In this document: positions 30,476 to 39,704 of the stretch, piece after piece
How positions within the stretch are numbered: position 1 is the first letter of the stretch
Layout: every line of letters starts with the position of its first letter
Source: an uncultured Acidimicrobiales bacterium
Lineage (GTDB): Bacteria; Actinomycetota; Acidimicrobiia; Acidimicrobiales; SHLQ01
Direction of reading: 5' to 3'
Assembly (NCBI GenBank): GCA_938041035.1
Contig: CALHYX010000042.1
Span: 2,731-66,730 of the forward strand
Length of the DNA stretch: 64,000 bases
Notes under the pieces: model-generated
Seen by the model: the letters and a program-made list of their open reading frames with translations, nothing else
Database searches by the model: none
What the model was told of the DNA's origin: nothing
Translations under genes and position numbers: made by a program

Positions 30476-31129
30476 TCAGCCCTTGGGCAGGAAGCGGTGC
30501 TCTACTCCGGCGATCAGGGTCGCCAAACCGGACGTGAAGCGTTGCTCCGGCGTCCAGGCGAGACAGGCCGCCTGGAAGTCCGCCAGCTCCCGTTCGATAT
30601 CGCTGGTGGGTTCGGGCAACTTGAGTTCGAACTCGCGCATGATGCCGAGTTCCTGGCGGACGATGCCGTTCAGCCACGACGTGGCGGTCGTGAACGCAAT
30701 GGCGGCGTCTTTGGTCGACAATCCCGCCTTGGTGAAGATCCGGTAGGCCGCCAACAACAGGTCCGTACCCAGCTGCCCCTGCGCGTCGCGGGTGGTGATC
30801 AGCTCGATCAGGTTGGGGTGGCGGAGCGCATGGGTGCGCCAAGCCGAGCACAGCGCGTGGGCGTCGTCTTGCCAATCCGATTCGGCGTCGGGTTGATACG
30901 ACCCCAACACCTCGCCCACGAAGGACTCCACGATGGCGTCGAACAGATCTTCTTTGTTCTCGACGTGGTTGTAGAGCGACATCGCCTCGACATCGAGCTC
31001 GGCTCCGAGCTTGCGCATCGAGAGCTTGGCGAGCCCGTGGGTGTCCACAAAGGCGATCGCGGCCTCAGCGATGCGATGCCGACTCAGCGGCACTCGGGGC
31101 TTCTCGTTGACCACAGGCTTCCTGTACAC
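30476..31129 (-). CDS. TetR/AcrR family regulator (TetR_C-like)
   Basis: LSMRKLGAELDVEAMSLYNHVENKEDL HTH. Confidence 0.92.
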   Translation of the reverse strand: MYRKPVVNEKPRVPLSRHRIAEAAIAFVDTHGLAKLSMRKLGAELDVEAMSLYNHVENKEDLFDAIVESFVGEVLGSYQPDAESDWQDDAHALCSAWRTHALRHPNLIELITTRDAQGQLGTDLLLAAYRIFTKAGLSTKDAAIAFTTATSWLNGIVRQELGIMREFELKLPEPTSDIERELADFQAACLAWTPEQRFTSGLATLIAGVEHRFLPKG

Positions 31130-31227
31130 GCAGCGGATGAACGGAGTCAGCCTAGGACAAGTTGTGCCGGTGGGCTGGCCGACTAACCTACCGAAGCGAT
31201 TTTTGGACCGGACAATCCGGCGCCGGT

Positions 31228-31428
31228 TTAGACCGTGGCGCGCAGGTTGAGCAGCCGGTTCTCGACCGTGCCCGCCTTGACACCGATCGCCTCGGCGAGG
31301 GTGCGCAGGTCGTCGTGGCGAAGGTCGAGCGCCGTCCCTCGGCGGGTGCGATCCAGCAACCGGAGATAGGACTCGAGGACGGTGTCGACCGACCGGACGA
31401 TGGGAAGGCCGATGGATTCAGAACCCAT
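31228..31428 (-). CDS. Small protein resembling the BldD C-terminal domain
   Basis: 66 aa from ATG 31428: ...VLESYLRLLDRTRRGTALDLRHDDLRTLAEAIG...VENRL. Compare Streptomyces BldD CTD LSIRQDDLRTLA, recalled from memory. Confidence 0.55.
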   Translation of the reverse strand: MGSESIGLPIVRSVDTVLESYLRLLDRTRRGTALDLRHDDLRTLAEAIGVKAGTVENRLLNLRATV

Positions 31429-31611
31429 GGCAATACAGACCGAGTCGATAACGAGGGGGGCGCGTCGTTCAACCACGACTACCGGTGTACCGGTTCACCA
31501 ACCGTCGCGCAAGGGCCGAATGACCTTTGGGGTCACTGTTCACAAAGTGGAAACCAACCGCGGTGGTCGTTCACCGCCCAGCCCCGTCGGCGCGGCTTGT
31601 ACCCTGCGGGG

Positions 31612-32643
31612 GTGTCGACGCTGTCCTCGCTGCTCCGCGACCGAATCGACGAGCAGGGTCCACTCCCGTTCTCGACCTTTATGGATCTGGCCCTGTACCA
31701 CCCTGACCTGGGGTTTTATGCCACCTCTGGGCAGGCCGGGCGCCGGGGTGACTTCGTAACCAGCGTCGAGGTGGGGCCCCTGTTCGGCCAGGTGATGGCC
31801 GATTATCTCGACCGCCTGTGGACCGAACTCGGCCGACCCGCCCCGTTCACCATCGTCGACGCCGGCGCCGGGCCCGGCACCCTCGCTCGCACCATTCGCG
31901 CCGCCGGTCCGGCCTGTGCCGAGGCGCTCGACTACGTGGCGGTCGAGCGCAGCGCGCACCAGCGCAGCCAGCACCCCGATGGCATCCGCTCGCTGCCCGA
32001 TCTGCCGACCGCGCCGATCGTCGGGGCCATCGTCGCCAACGAGTTGCTCGACAACCTGGCGTTCGAGATCGTGCACTGGGATATCGAGGTCGGTTTCCGC
32101 CAGGTCGCGGTCATGGTGGACTCCGCGGGTGAGTTCGCCGAGGTCCTCACCCCGACGGAGTTCAACGATCCGGCCTTCGACCCGGGCGAGGCCCGCTCGG
32201 CGCGTCTCGTCTGGCAACCGGCGGCCACCCGGTGGTTGCAAACGGCGCTCGATCTGGTCGAACGCGGGCGGGTGCTCGTCCTCGACTACACCAACCGATC
32301 GGTGTACGCCGATCACCGGGCGGCCTCACCGATCCGCACGTACCGCGATCACCGCTCCGGTAGTGGTCCACTCGATCGACCCGGCGAACAGGACATCACC
32401 GCCGACGTGCAGGTCCGCGACCTCATCGCCGTCGAGCCGCCCGCGCTCATCGCGACCCAGGCGGACTGGCTTCGCGCCAACGGTATCGATGACCTGGTCG
32501 CCGAGGGTAAACGCGTCTGGGCCGACCGGGCGGGCATCGGCGACCTCGCCGCGCTGAAGGCGCGCAGCCGCATCGGTGAAGCCGAAGCGCTGCTGGACCC
32601 CGACGGACTGGGCGCCTTTACCGTGCTGGAGTGGCGCCGCTAA
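31612..32643 (+). CDS. SAM-dependent methyltransferase, MidA/NDUFAF7 (DUF185) family
   Basis: FMDLALYHPDLGFY, GDFVTSVE, DAGAGPGTLA, ANELLDNL and PGEQDITADV motifs; GTG start 6 nt after a TACCCT -10. Confidence 0.88.
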   Translation: MSTLSSLLRDRIDEQGPLPFSTFMDLALYHPDLGFYATSGQAGRRGDFVTSVEVGPLFGQVMADYLDRLWTELGRPAPFTIVDAGAGPGTLARTIRAAGPACAEALDYVAVERSAHQRSQHPDGIRSLPDLPTAPIVGAIVANELLDNLAFEIVHWDIEVGFRQVAVMVDSAGEFAEVLTPTEFNDPAFDPGEARSARLVWQPAATRWLQTALDLVERGRVLVLDYTNRSVYADHRAASPIRTYRDHRSGSGPLDRPGEQDITADVQVRDLIAVEPPALIATQADWLRANGIDDLVAEGKRVWADRAGIGDLAALKARSRIGEAEALLDPDGLGAFTVLEWRR

Positions 32644-32685
32644 ACCTGGTTGGTCAGCCCTGGGTTAACTCAGCGCCGGGTTGGT

Positions 32686-34239
32686 TCAACCCCCGGCGAG
32701 GAGGCTGACGTCGGTGAAGTCGCCCACCACGCTCGGCAAGATGCCGAACACCAGCGTGATGGCCACGGTGATGCCGAGGGCAGCGACCAGCGAAGGGGGC
32801 ACGTTGACCGGCGTCAGGTCGCCGTCAGGCGCCTCATCGGCCCACATCGTGCGGGCGACCGAGGCGTAGTAGTAGAGGGCGATCACCGAGTTCACGGCGA
32901 CGACGACGGCGAGGAGGTACCCCGACACCGAATCGTCCTGCACCAGCACCGAGAACACCCGGAACTTGGCGAACCAGCCCCCGATCGGCGGGATGCCGGC
33001 GAGCGAGAACAAGAACACGGTCATCACCGCGGTGAGCCCGGGTGCGTAGTGGAAGGCGCCGCGCATGTCGCTGATCTCGGCCGAGCGGGTCTTTCGGGCC
33101 AGGGCGATCAGCACACCGAATGCCCCGAGGTTCATCGCCGCGTAGATGGCGAGATAGTTCACCGTCGTGCTGAGGGCGGCGTCGGCGATGTCGCCGTTGC
33201 CGGCGACGGCGAGCGGAGCGATGATGAAACCGGTCTGGGCCACGCCGGAGTACGCCATCATGCGCACGAAGTTGGTCTGGCGAAGCGCCAGGAGGTTACC
33301 GATCGTCATGGAGGCGGCGGCGAGGAACCACATGAGCGGCTCATAGACGTCGCCGCGGCCCCAGAAGCCGACGTAGACCAGGGTGAGCAGGGCGACGAAG
33401 CCGGCGGTCTTGGACGCCACGGCCAGGAAGGCGGTGACCGGCGTCGGTGCGCCTTCATAGGTATCGGGGGCCCAGTTGTGGAACGGCACCGCCGACACCT
33501 TGAACGCGAACCCGACGGCGACGAACACGATGCCGAGGGTGGCGATACTGCTCGACTCCCGACCGCCGACCGCCTTGGAGATGTCGACGAGCAGGGTCGA
33601 GCCGGTGGTGCCGTAGAGCAGGGACATGCCGTACAGCATCACCGCGGAGGCAAAGACGCCCATCAGGTAGTACTTGAGGCCCGCCTCGTTGCTGAGCTTG
33701 TCGCGCTTGCGCCAGGCAGCCAGGAGGTAGGCGGGAATCGACAGAAGCTCCAGCGCCACAAAGATGCCGATGAGGTCCCGGGCCGAGGCCATGACCACCA
33801 TGCCGAGGATCGACGAGATCAGCAGCCCGTAGTACTCCGACTCCCAGTAGTCGCCCTCGGCGACGTAGTTGGTCGACAACAGCACCACGACGTAGCCGAC
33901 GAGCACGAAGAGGATCTTCATCACGATCGCGTACTCGTCGATGACGTAGTGCTCGAGCCCCACCGGGTCGGTGGCGCCGGGCTTCTTCTCGGCAAAGGCG
34001 TACAGCACATCGCCGTCGTTGACCCGGGTCCAGACCGCAACCAGCGGGATGATGACCCCGACGAGGCCGAGCCCGGCGATGGCCGACGTGATGGCCTTGG
34101 CCCGCTCGGCAAAGACGACATCGAGCAGCGTCAAGAGCGCGCCGAGGGACAACAACACGAGCTCGGGTGAGAGCGCGAACCAGTCGATTCTCGGTCGGGC
34201 GAACTCCGGCTGCGCCGCCTGGGCGAGTAGGTCGAGCAC
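32686..34239 (-). CDS. nuoN: NADH-quinone oxidoreductase subunit N (operon 1)
   Basis: EAGLKYY, FKVSAVPFHNWAPDTYEGAP and SLAGIPP motifs. Confidence 0.95.
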   Translation of the reverse strand: MLDLLAQAAQPEFARPRIDWFALSPELVLLSLGALLTLLDVVFAERAKAITSAIAGLGLVGVIIPLVAVWTRVNDGDVLYAFAEKKPGATDPVGLEHYVIDEYAIVMKILFVLVGYVVVLLSTNYVAEGDYWESEYYGLLISSILGMVVMASARDLIGIFVALELLSIPAYLLAAWRKRDKLSNEAGLKYYLMGVFASAVMLYGMSLLYGTTGSTLLVDISKAVGGRESSSIATLGIVFVAVGFAFKVSAVPFHNWAPDTYEGAPTPVTAFLAVASKTAGFVALLTLVYVGFWGRGDVYEPLMWFLAAASMTIGNLLALRQTNFVRMMAYSGVAQTGFIIAPLAVAGNGDIADAALSTTVNYLAIYAAMNLGAFGVLIALARKTRSAEISDMRGAFHYAPGLTAVMTVFLFSLAGIPPIGGWFAKFRVFSVLVQDDSVSGYLLAVVVAVNSVIALYYYASVARTMWADEAPDGDLTPVNVPPSLVAALGITVAITLVFGILPSVVGDFTDVSLLAGG

Positions 34240-34245
34240 CGTGGA

Positions 34246-35859
34246 TCAGCCCCCGGCCAGGTCGTCGTCGAGCTCGAAGACGCTCGAGCAGGTGACACCC
34301 TCGGGCAGGTCCTCGACGGACTCGGCCGACAGGCAGGGGTGCAGCGAGTTCTGCACCGCGTCATCGGTGGTTTCGAACAGCAGGTTCGGGTAGACGCCGA
34401 GCACGACGATCAGGGCGAGCAGTGGCGCCCAGGCCACGTACTCGAAGTTGTTGGCGTCGTGTACGTGCGGGTCGTCGGCGAACTCCTCGCTGGGGGTACC
34501 GAACGCGGTGCGCTGTAGCAGCCACAACAGGTAGCCGGCGGCGAGCACGGTGCCCAGGGCCGCGATGACCATGTACACCCGGAAGGTGACCTCGGAGATG
34601 CCGTTGGCCGGCTGGTAGGCCGCCAAGATGGCGGGGAACTCGCCCCAGAACCCGGCGAGACCCGGGAGCCCGAGCGACGCCATGACGCAGAAGCCGAGCA
34701 TCCAGCCCATGCGAGGCGCCTGGACCAAAAGGCCGCCGAGCCGCTTGATCTCGAGGGTGTGGTACCGCTCCTTCACCGAACCGGCGATGAAGAACAACAT
34801 GCCGGTGATGAGGCCGTGAGCGACCATGCCGAACACCGCCGCGTTGATGCCGAAGTCGGTGAGGGTGGCGATGCCGAGCATCACGAAACCCATGTGAGCC
34901 ACCGACGAGAAGGCGATCAGTCGCTTCATGTCGGTTTGAGCCAGACACCCCAGGGCGCCGTAGATGATGCCGATGACGGCCAGCAGGCCAATCCAGGGGG
35001 CCCACTCGACCGCCGCCTCGGGCAGGATGGGGATGGCGATGCGAACAAACCCGTACGTGCCGAGCTTGAGCAGCACGGCGGCCAGGATGACCGAACCGAC
35101 GGTCGGCGCCTGGGTGTGAGCATCGGGCAGCCAGGTGTGGAACGGAAACATCGGCACCTTGATACCGAAGCCGAGCAGCATGCCACCAAAGATCAACAGG
35201 CCGGTGCCGCGGGCTAGGCCGGCGCCGCCCCAGGCGGTGAGGGCCCGAAGGTCGAACGAGCGCAGTGCCTCACCGGCGCTGTCTTCGGCGAGGAAGAACA
35301 ACGACAGGAACGCAACCAGCATGAGCGCCGAACCAAACAGCGTGTACAGGAAGAACTTGAGCGAGGCGTACTTGCGATCCGGTCCGCCCCACACCGCGAT
35401 CATGAAGAACATCGGGAGCAGCACCACTTCGAAGAACACGAAGAACAGAATCAGGTCCTGGGCGACGAAGGTGCCGATCATGCCCGTTTCCAGGATCATG
35501 ATGAGGATGAGGAACGCCTTGGGGTTGTGGGGCTCGGGGAAGTGCTCCCACGAGTAGATGATGCACAGCGGAACGACGAGCATCGTGAGCAGGATCAGCG
35601 GCAGCGAGATGCCGTCGACCCCGACGATGAAGCGCGAGCCGATGATGTCGATCCACCGCTCGTCGACCACACCCTGGAGTTCGCCGGAGCGGTCGAAGTC
35701 GAACTCGAGCGCCATGTACACGCCAACCGCGGCGACGAACAGGCTCGTGCCGAGCGCCGTCAGCTTGTGGAAGCTCTCGGCATCGGCAGGCATCAGCATC
35801 ATCACCGCCACCGCGGCGAGAGGAACAAAGGTGATGGCTGGGAGAATCCAGTCAGGCAT
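34246..35859 (-). CDS. nuoM: NADH-quinone oxidoreductase subunit M (operon 1)
   Basis: KVPMFPFHTWLPDAHTQAPT, LKLGTYG and GLPGLAGFWGE motifs. Confidence 0.95.
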   Translation of the reverse strand: MPDWILPAITFVPLAAVAVMMLMPADAESFHKLTALGTSLFVAAVGVYMALEFDFDRSGELQGVVDERWIDIIGSRFIVGVDGISLPLILLTMLVVPLCIIYSWEHFPEPHNPKAFLILIMILETGMIGTFVAQDLILFFVFFEVVLLPMFFMIAVWGGPDRKYASLKFFLYTLFGSALMLVAFLSLFFLAEDSAGEALRSFDLRALTAWGGAGLARGTGLLIFGGMLLGFGIKVPMFPFHTWLPDAHTQAPTVGSVILAAVLLKLGTYGFVRIAIPILPEAAVEWAPWIGLLAVIGIIYGALGCLAQTDMKRLIAFSSVAHMGFVMLGIATLTDFGINAAVFGMVAHGLITGMLFFIAGSVKERYHTLEIKRLGGLLVQAPRMGWMLGFCVMASLGLPGLAGFWGEFPAILAAYQPANGISEVTFRVYMVIAALGTVLAAGYLLWLLQRTAFGTPSEEFADDPHVHDANNFEYVAWAPLLALIVVLGVYPNLLFETTDDAVQNSLHPCLSAESVEDLPEGVTCSSVFELDDDLAGG

Positions 35860-35901
35860 TGAAGTGACCTTGGGTTTGGTTCGGAAGCTTGCGGAGTTGC
35901 A

Positions 35902-38298
35902 TCAGATGACGATGATCAGGACGCCGGCCAGAACGGCGGCGGCGGCGAAGAGGTAGGCGGCGTACTGCTGGACCTTGCCGGTCTGGGACTTGCGGAGTTC
36001 GTCACCAAAGGCCGACGAAGCCTTGCCGGCACCGTCGACGGCACCATCGACGAGGGGTTGATCGATCTTGGTGTAGACGAACTGGCCCGCCGTTACCGCC
36101 GTGCGGCCGGCGGTGTCGATGACGTTGTCGATCAGATGCTTGTTCGACCAGTCGGCCATGTCGGCCACCGGGCCCTTGGTGCCGCCGGCGATGACGTCGG
36201 TGTAGAGATGATCGAGGTAGTACTTCTCGGCGAGCAACGTGTGACCGGCCTTGGCGATCGGCACCCGGCTGGTGAGGCCGTCGGGTAGCTCGGTCAGGCT
36301 GCGCCCCTCGACCTTGGAGCGCGCCTCGACCCGGTTGAAGTAGTAGAACACGGCGATGGCGGGGCCGAGCAGGCCGAGGATGCTGGCGACGATCGCGAGC
36401 GTGTAGCTCGGGGTGGCGTGGCCGATCGGCGGGAAAGCGGCCGACTGCGGTTCGATGAAGTGACCGAACCGCTCCTGCCAGCCGGCTTCCTCGCCGGTGA
36501 TGAAGCCGGGGGGAAGGTTCAAGAGGCCGGCGCCGACCGCGAACACCGACAAGATGACCAGCGGGATGGTGATGCGCTTGCCCGACTCGTGCGGGTGGCC
36601 GTGGCCTCGGAACTCGCCGAAGAAGGTGAGGTAGATCACCCGGGTCATGTAGGCGCCGGTCAGCATGGCGCCGACCAGACCCATCACCAGCATGAGGGTG
36701 TAGGCGCCGTTGGATCCGCCGGAACCACCGAACAGACCCCAGCCACCGGTGCCGACCAGGATCTCGTCCTTGCTCCAGAAGCCGGCAAAGGGGAAGACAC
36801 CGGCCAGCGAGATGGAGCAGATGACGAAGGTCTTGAAGGTGGTGGGCATGAACTTGCGCATGCCTCCCATGTCCTTCTTCATGTCGAAGCTGTGCACGGA
36901 GTGGGCCACCGAACCAGCGCCGAGGAACAGGCCCGCCTTGAAGAAGGCGTGGGTGAACAGGTGGAACAGGGCCGCGGTCCAGGCGCCGACGCCCAGCGCC
37001 ATGACCATGTAGCCGAGCTGGCTGACGGTGGAGTAGGCGAGCACCTTCTTGATGTCGTCCTGCACGAAGGCGAGCATCCCGCCGAACACAACGGTGATCG
37101 CCCCGATCAGTGCCAGAGCGTTGATGCTCGACCCCGAGATGGCGAACCCCTCGAAGAACACGGGATAGAGCCGGGCGATCATGTAGACGCCGGCGACGAC
37201 CATGGTGGCGGCGTGAATGAGCGCCGAGACCGGGGTGGGGCCGGCCATGGCGTCGGGCAGCCAGGTATGGAGAATGAACTGGCCCGACTTCGACATGACG
37301 GCGGCGGTGAGACACAGCGCGGCGATCAACAGCGTGTTGCGGGGAATCTCACCGGCGACGGCCATCTCGTTGATGGTCATGATGTCGAAGGTTCGCCCGG
37401 CGGCGAAGTACAGGATGATCATGCCGATCAGCAGGCCCATGTCGCCGACCCGGTTGGTCAGGAAGGCCTTGAGGGCGGCGTCGGAGTTCGGCTTTTCCTC
37501 CCACCAGTGCCCGATCAGCGCGAACGAACACACGCCCACGAGCTCCCATGCGGTGATGAACTGCACGGTGCTGCGGCTCATGATCAGGAACAGCATCGAG
37601 GCGGTGAACAACGACAGGAACGCAAAGAAGTGGGTGTAGCGGCGGTCCCCGTGGACGTAGTCGGTGCTGTAGATGTGCACCAGCAGCGAGATCAGGGTGA
37701 CGACGAACAGCATCAGGATGGTCGGGCCGTCGACCAGGATGCCGACCGTGAATTCGTGGCCACCGCTCTGGAACCAGGTGAAGCCCTTCAGGATCGCGAC
37801 GGAGGCGTGCACCTCGCTGTGACCATCCTCACCGGCTTCGACGAGGGCCGCGGCGCCGGCGCCGCCTACCGAGGCGTCGACGAGGGGAGCCCCGTCGCCG
37901 TCGAAGTACGCGGGTGCGCCCTCTTCATCGGAGTGCTCGGCTTCATCGGAGTGCTCGGCGTCGTCAGAGTGTTCGCCGTCGCCACCGTGCTCGAGCACGC
38001 TGGTGGCGTCCGCCTCGGGGAAGTTGTCGCGATGATCGATCCAGGCGGCCCCGGCCCACAGCGACAGCAGGAAGCATGTGCCGACCGCGGCGATACCGAT
38101 GGTCGACGACGCCGGGGTCTCGGAATCGCCGATCTTGATCGAGCCGAGCGACTTCCCGAAAAACAGGATCACGGCAAACGAGAGCGCCATGATCAGCGGA
38201 ATCACCCAGACGTACTCCAGGATGATGTTGAAGCCACCACCGACGTCGGAGGTAAAGCTGACCTCGGGGACCTCGCTGGCGGCGAGCAGGAACTTCAT
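35902..38298 (-). CDS. nuoL: NADH-quinone oxidoreductase subunit L (operon 1)
   Basis: WLPDAMAGPTPVSALIHAATMV, HAFFKA and GFWSKD motifs. Confidence 0.96.
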   Translation of the reverse strand: MKFLLAASEVPEVSFTSDVGGGFNIILEYVWVIPLIMALSFAVILFFGKSLGSIKIGDSETPASSTIGIAAVGTCFLLSLWAGAAWIDHRDNFPEADATSVLEHGGDGEHSDDAEHSDEAEHSDEEGAPAYFDGDGAPLVDASVGGAGAAALVEAGEDGHSEVHASVAILKGFTWFQSGGHEFTVGILVDGPTILMLFVVTLISLLVHIYSTDYVHGDRRYTHFFAFLSLFTASMLFLIMSRSTVQFITAWELVGVCSFALIGHWWEEKPNSDAALKAFLTNRVGDMGLLIGMIILYFAAGRTFDIMTINEMAVAGEIPRNTLLIAALCLTAAVMSKSGQFILHTWLPDAMAGPTPVSALIHAATMVVAGVYMIARLYPVFFEGFAISGSSINALALIGAITVVFGGMLAFVQDDIKKVLAYSTVSQLGYMVMALGVGAWTAALFHLFTHAFFKAGLFLGAGSVAHSVHSFDMKKDMGGMRKFMPTTFKTFVICSISLAGVFPFAGFWSKDEILVGTGGWGLFGGSGGSNGAYTLMLVMGLVGAMLTGAYMTRVIYLTFFGEFRGHGHPHESGKRITIPLVILSVFAVGAGLLNLPPGFITGEEAGWQERFGHFIEPQSAAFPPIGHATPSYTLAIVASILGLLGPAIAVFYYFNRVEARSKVEGRSLTELPDGLTSRVPIAKAGHTLLAEKYYLDHLYTDVIAGGTKGPVADMADWSNKHLIDNVIDTAGRTAVTAGQFVYTKIDQPLVDGAVDGAGKASSAFGDELRKSQTGKVQQYAAYLFAAAAVLAGVLIIVI

Positions 38299-38306
38299 CG
38301 AGCCGA

Positions 38307-38615
38307 TCAGCCCTTCATCGCATCGACTTCAGAGAAGTCGATCGTCTTGGAGTTGCGATACAGCAGCAGCACGAGGGCCAGGCCTACGCCGACCTCCGCC
38401 GCCGCGACCGCTATTACGAACAGGGCGAAGACTTCGCCACCGAGGGTGCCGCGAAACGCGGAGAAGGCGACGAGATTGATGTTGACGGAGTTGAGGATCA
38501 GTTCGATCGACATGAGGACCATCACGCCGTTGCGCCGGGCCAGAACGCCGTACACGCCGATGCTGAACAGCACGGCGGCGAGGATCAAAAACTGGTTGAG
38601 ATAGACCTCGGTCAT
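38307..38615 (-). CDS. nuoK: NADH-quinone oxidoreductase subunit K (operon 1)
   Basis: RRN, SIELILN and VAAAEVGVGLA motifs. Confidence 0.95.
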   Translation of the reverse strand: MTEVYLNQFLILAAVLFSIGVYGVLARRNGVMVLMSIELILNSVNINLVAFSAFRGTLGGEVFALFVIAVAAAEVGVGLALVLLLYRNSKTIDFSEVDAMKG

Positions 38616-38617
38616 CG

Positions 38618-39142
38618 CTAGTCCTTCCGCGCGATCACGATGGCGCCGATGAGGGCAGCGAGCAGGAGCACCGACACCGCTTCGAACGGGATGATGTACT
38701 CCTTGAAGATGGCGTCGCCGATCTGCCCGGTGGTGCTGGCCTCGGTCCGGTCGATGGTCTGATCGTCGAAGACGTCGACGACGGCGTAGGTCATGACGCC
38801 GAACAACAACACGCCGGTGAGCGCCGCCATACCGCGCCGCTCGGTGGCGACGCTCTCGTCGTCGCCGAGTTCGGCTCGGGTCAACATGATGCCGAACAGG
38901 AACAACACGATGACCGCGCCGATGTAGACCAGCACCTGGGTGACGCCGACGAATTCGGCGCCGAGCAGGATGAACTGCGCGGCCACCCCGGCGAGCACCA
39001 GCACGAGGTACAGCGCGGCGTGCACCACGTTCTTGGTGGTCACGACGCGGAACGCGCTGAACACCATCACGGCGGCGATGAGGAAGAAGGCGATCTGGCG
39101 GGGGACTTCGGGGTCATAGGCCAGGATCACGGCGTCGGTCAC
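38618..39142 (-). CDS. nuoJ: NADH-quinone oxidoreductase subunit J (operon 1)
   Basis: NVVHAAL, QVLVYIGAV and PFEAVSVLLL motifs; GTG start 39142. Confidence 0.93.
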   Translation of the reverse strand: MTDAVILAYDPEVPRQIAFFLIAAVMVFSAFRVVTTKNVVHAALYLVLVLAGVAAQFILLGAEFVGVTQVLVYIGAVIVLFLFGIMLTRAELGDDESVATERRGMAALTGVLLFGVMTYAVVDVFDDQTIDRTEASTTGQIGDAIFKEYIIPFEAVSVLLLAALIGAIVIARKD

Positions 39143-39167
39143 AGCGACACCTCGAATGGTCGGTGCA

Positions 39168-39704
39168 TCACTTCGGCACCTTCTTGACCTTGGCCTCGGA
39201 GCCGCTCTCGTAGGACTCGAATTCCGGAACCGTGTGCATCCACTGCCCGAGGCGGCTCTTGTCGTGCAACAGGTCGGCGATCTTGGGCTCGCTGAACTCG
39301 TACTCGGGGCTCCAGAACAGGGCTTCGAACGGGCACACTTCGACACAGATGCCGCAGTACATGCACAGCGCATAGTCGATATCGAACCGGTCGAGCATGT
39401 TCTTCTGACGGGGCTTACCGCCGGCGCGGCGCGGCGGGGCCTTTTCCTTGTGGCCCTCGATGTAGATACACCAGTCCGGGCACTCGCGGGCGCACAACAT
39501 GCACGCCGTGCAGTTCTCCTCGTGCAGGGCGATGACGCCGCGAGCGCGGGGGCTCGGCGTTTCCTTCACGTGCGGGTACTGCACGGTGTGGGCGCCGCGC
39601 GACGGTGCCGGGATGGGCTTGAGCGGCCCGTCGGGAAACACCGTCTTCATGAAGGTCTTGGCGGTGACGCCAAGCCCTTTGATCATGCCGGGTACGAGTG
39701 CCAT
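39168..39704 (-). CDS. nuoI: NADH-quinone oxidoreductase subunit I (operon 1)
   Basis: [12 protein letters not shown] and [12 protein letters not shown], two [4Fe-4S] motifs. Confidence 0.95.
   Translation of the reverse strand: MALVPGMIKGLGVTAKTFMKTVFPDGPLKPIPAPSRGAHTVQYPHVKETPSPRARGVIALHEENCTACMLCARECPDWCIYIEGHKEKAPPRRAGGKPRQKNMLDRFDIDYALCMYCGICVEVCPFEALFWSPEYEFSEPKIADLLHDKSRLGQWMHTVPEFESYESGSEAKVKKVPK

Noticed and set aside
31526-31546. Rex/CRP-like site (TTCACAA half-site)
   Set aside because: Only one half-site matches.
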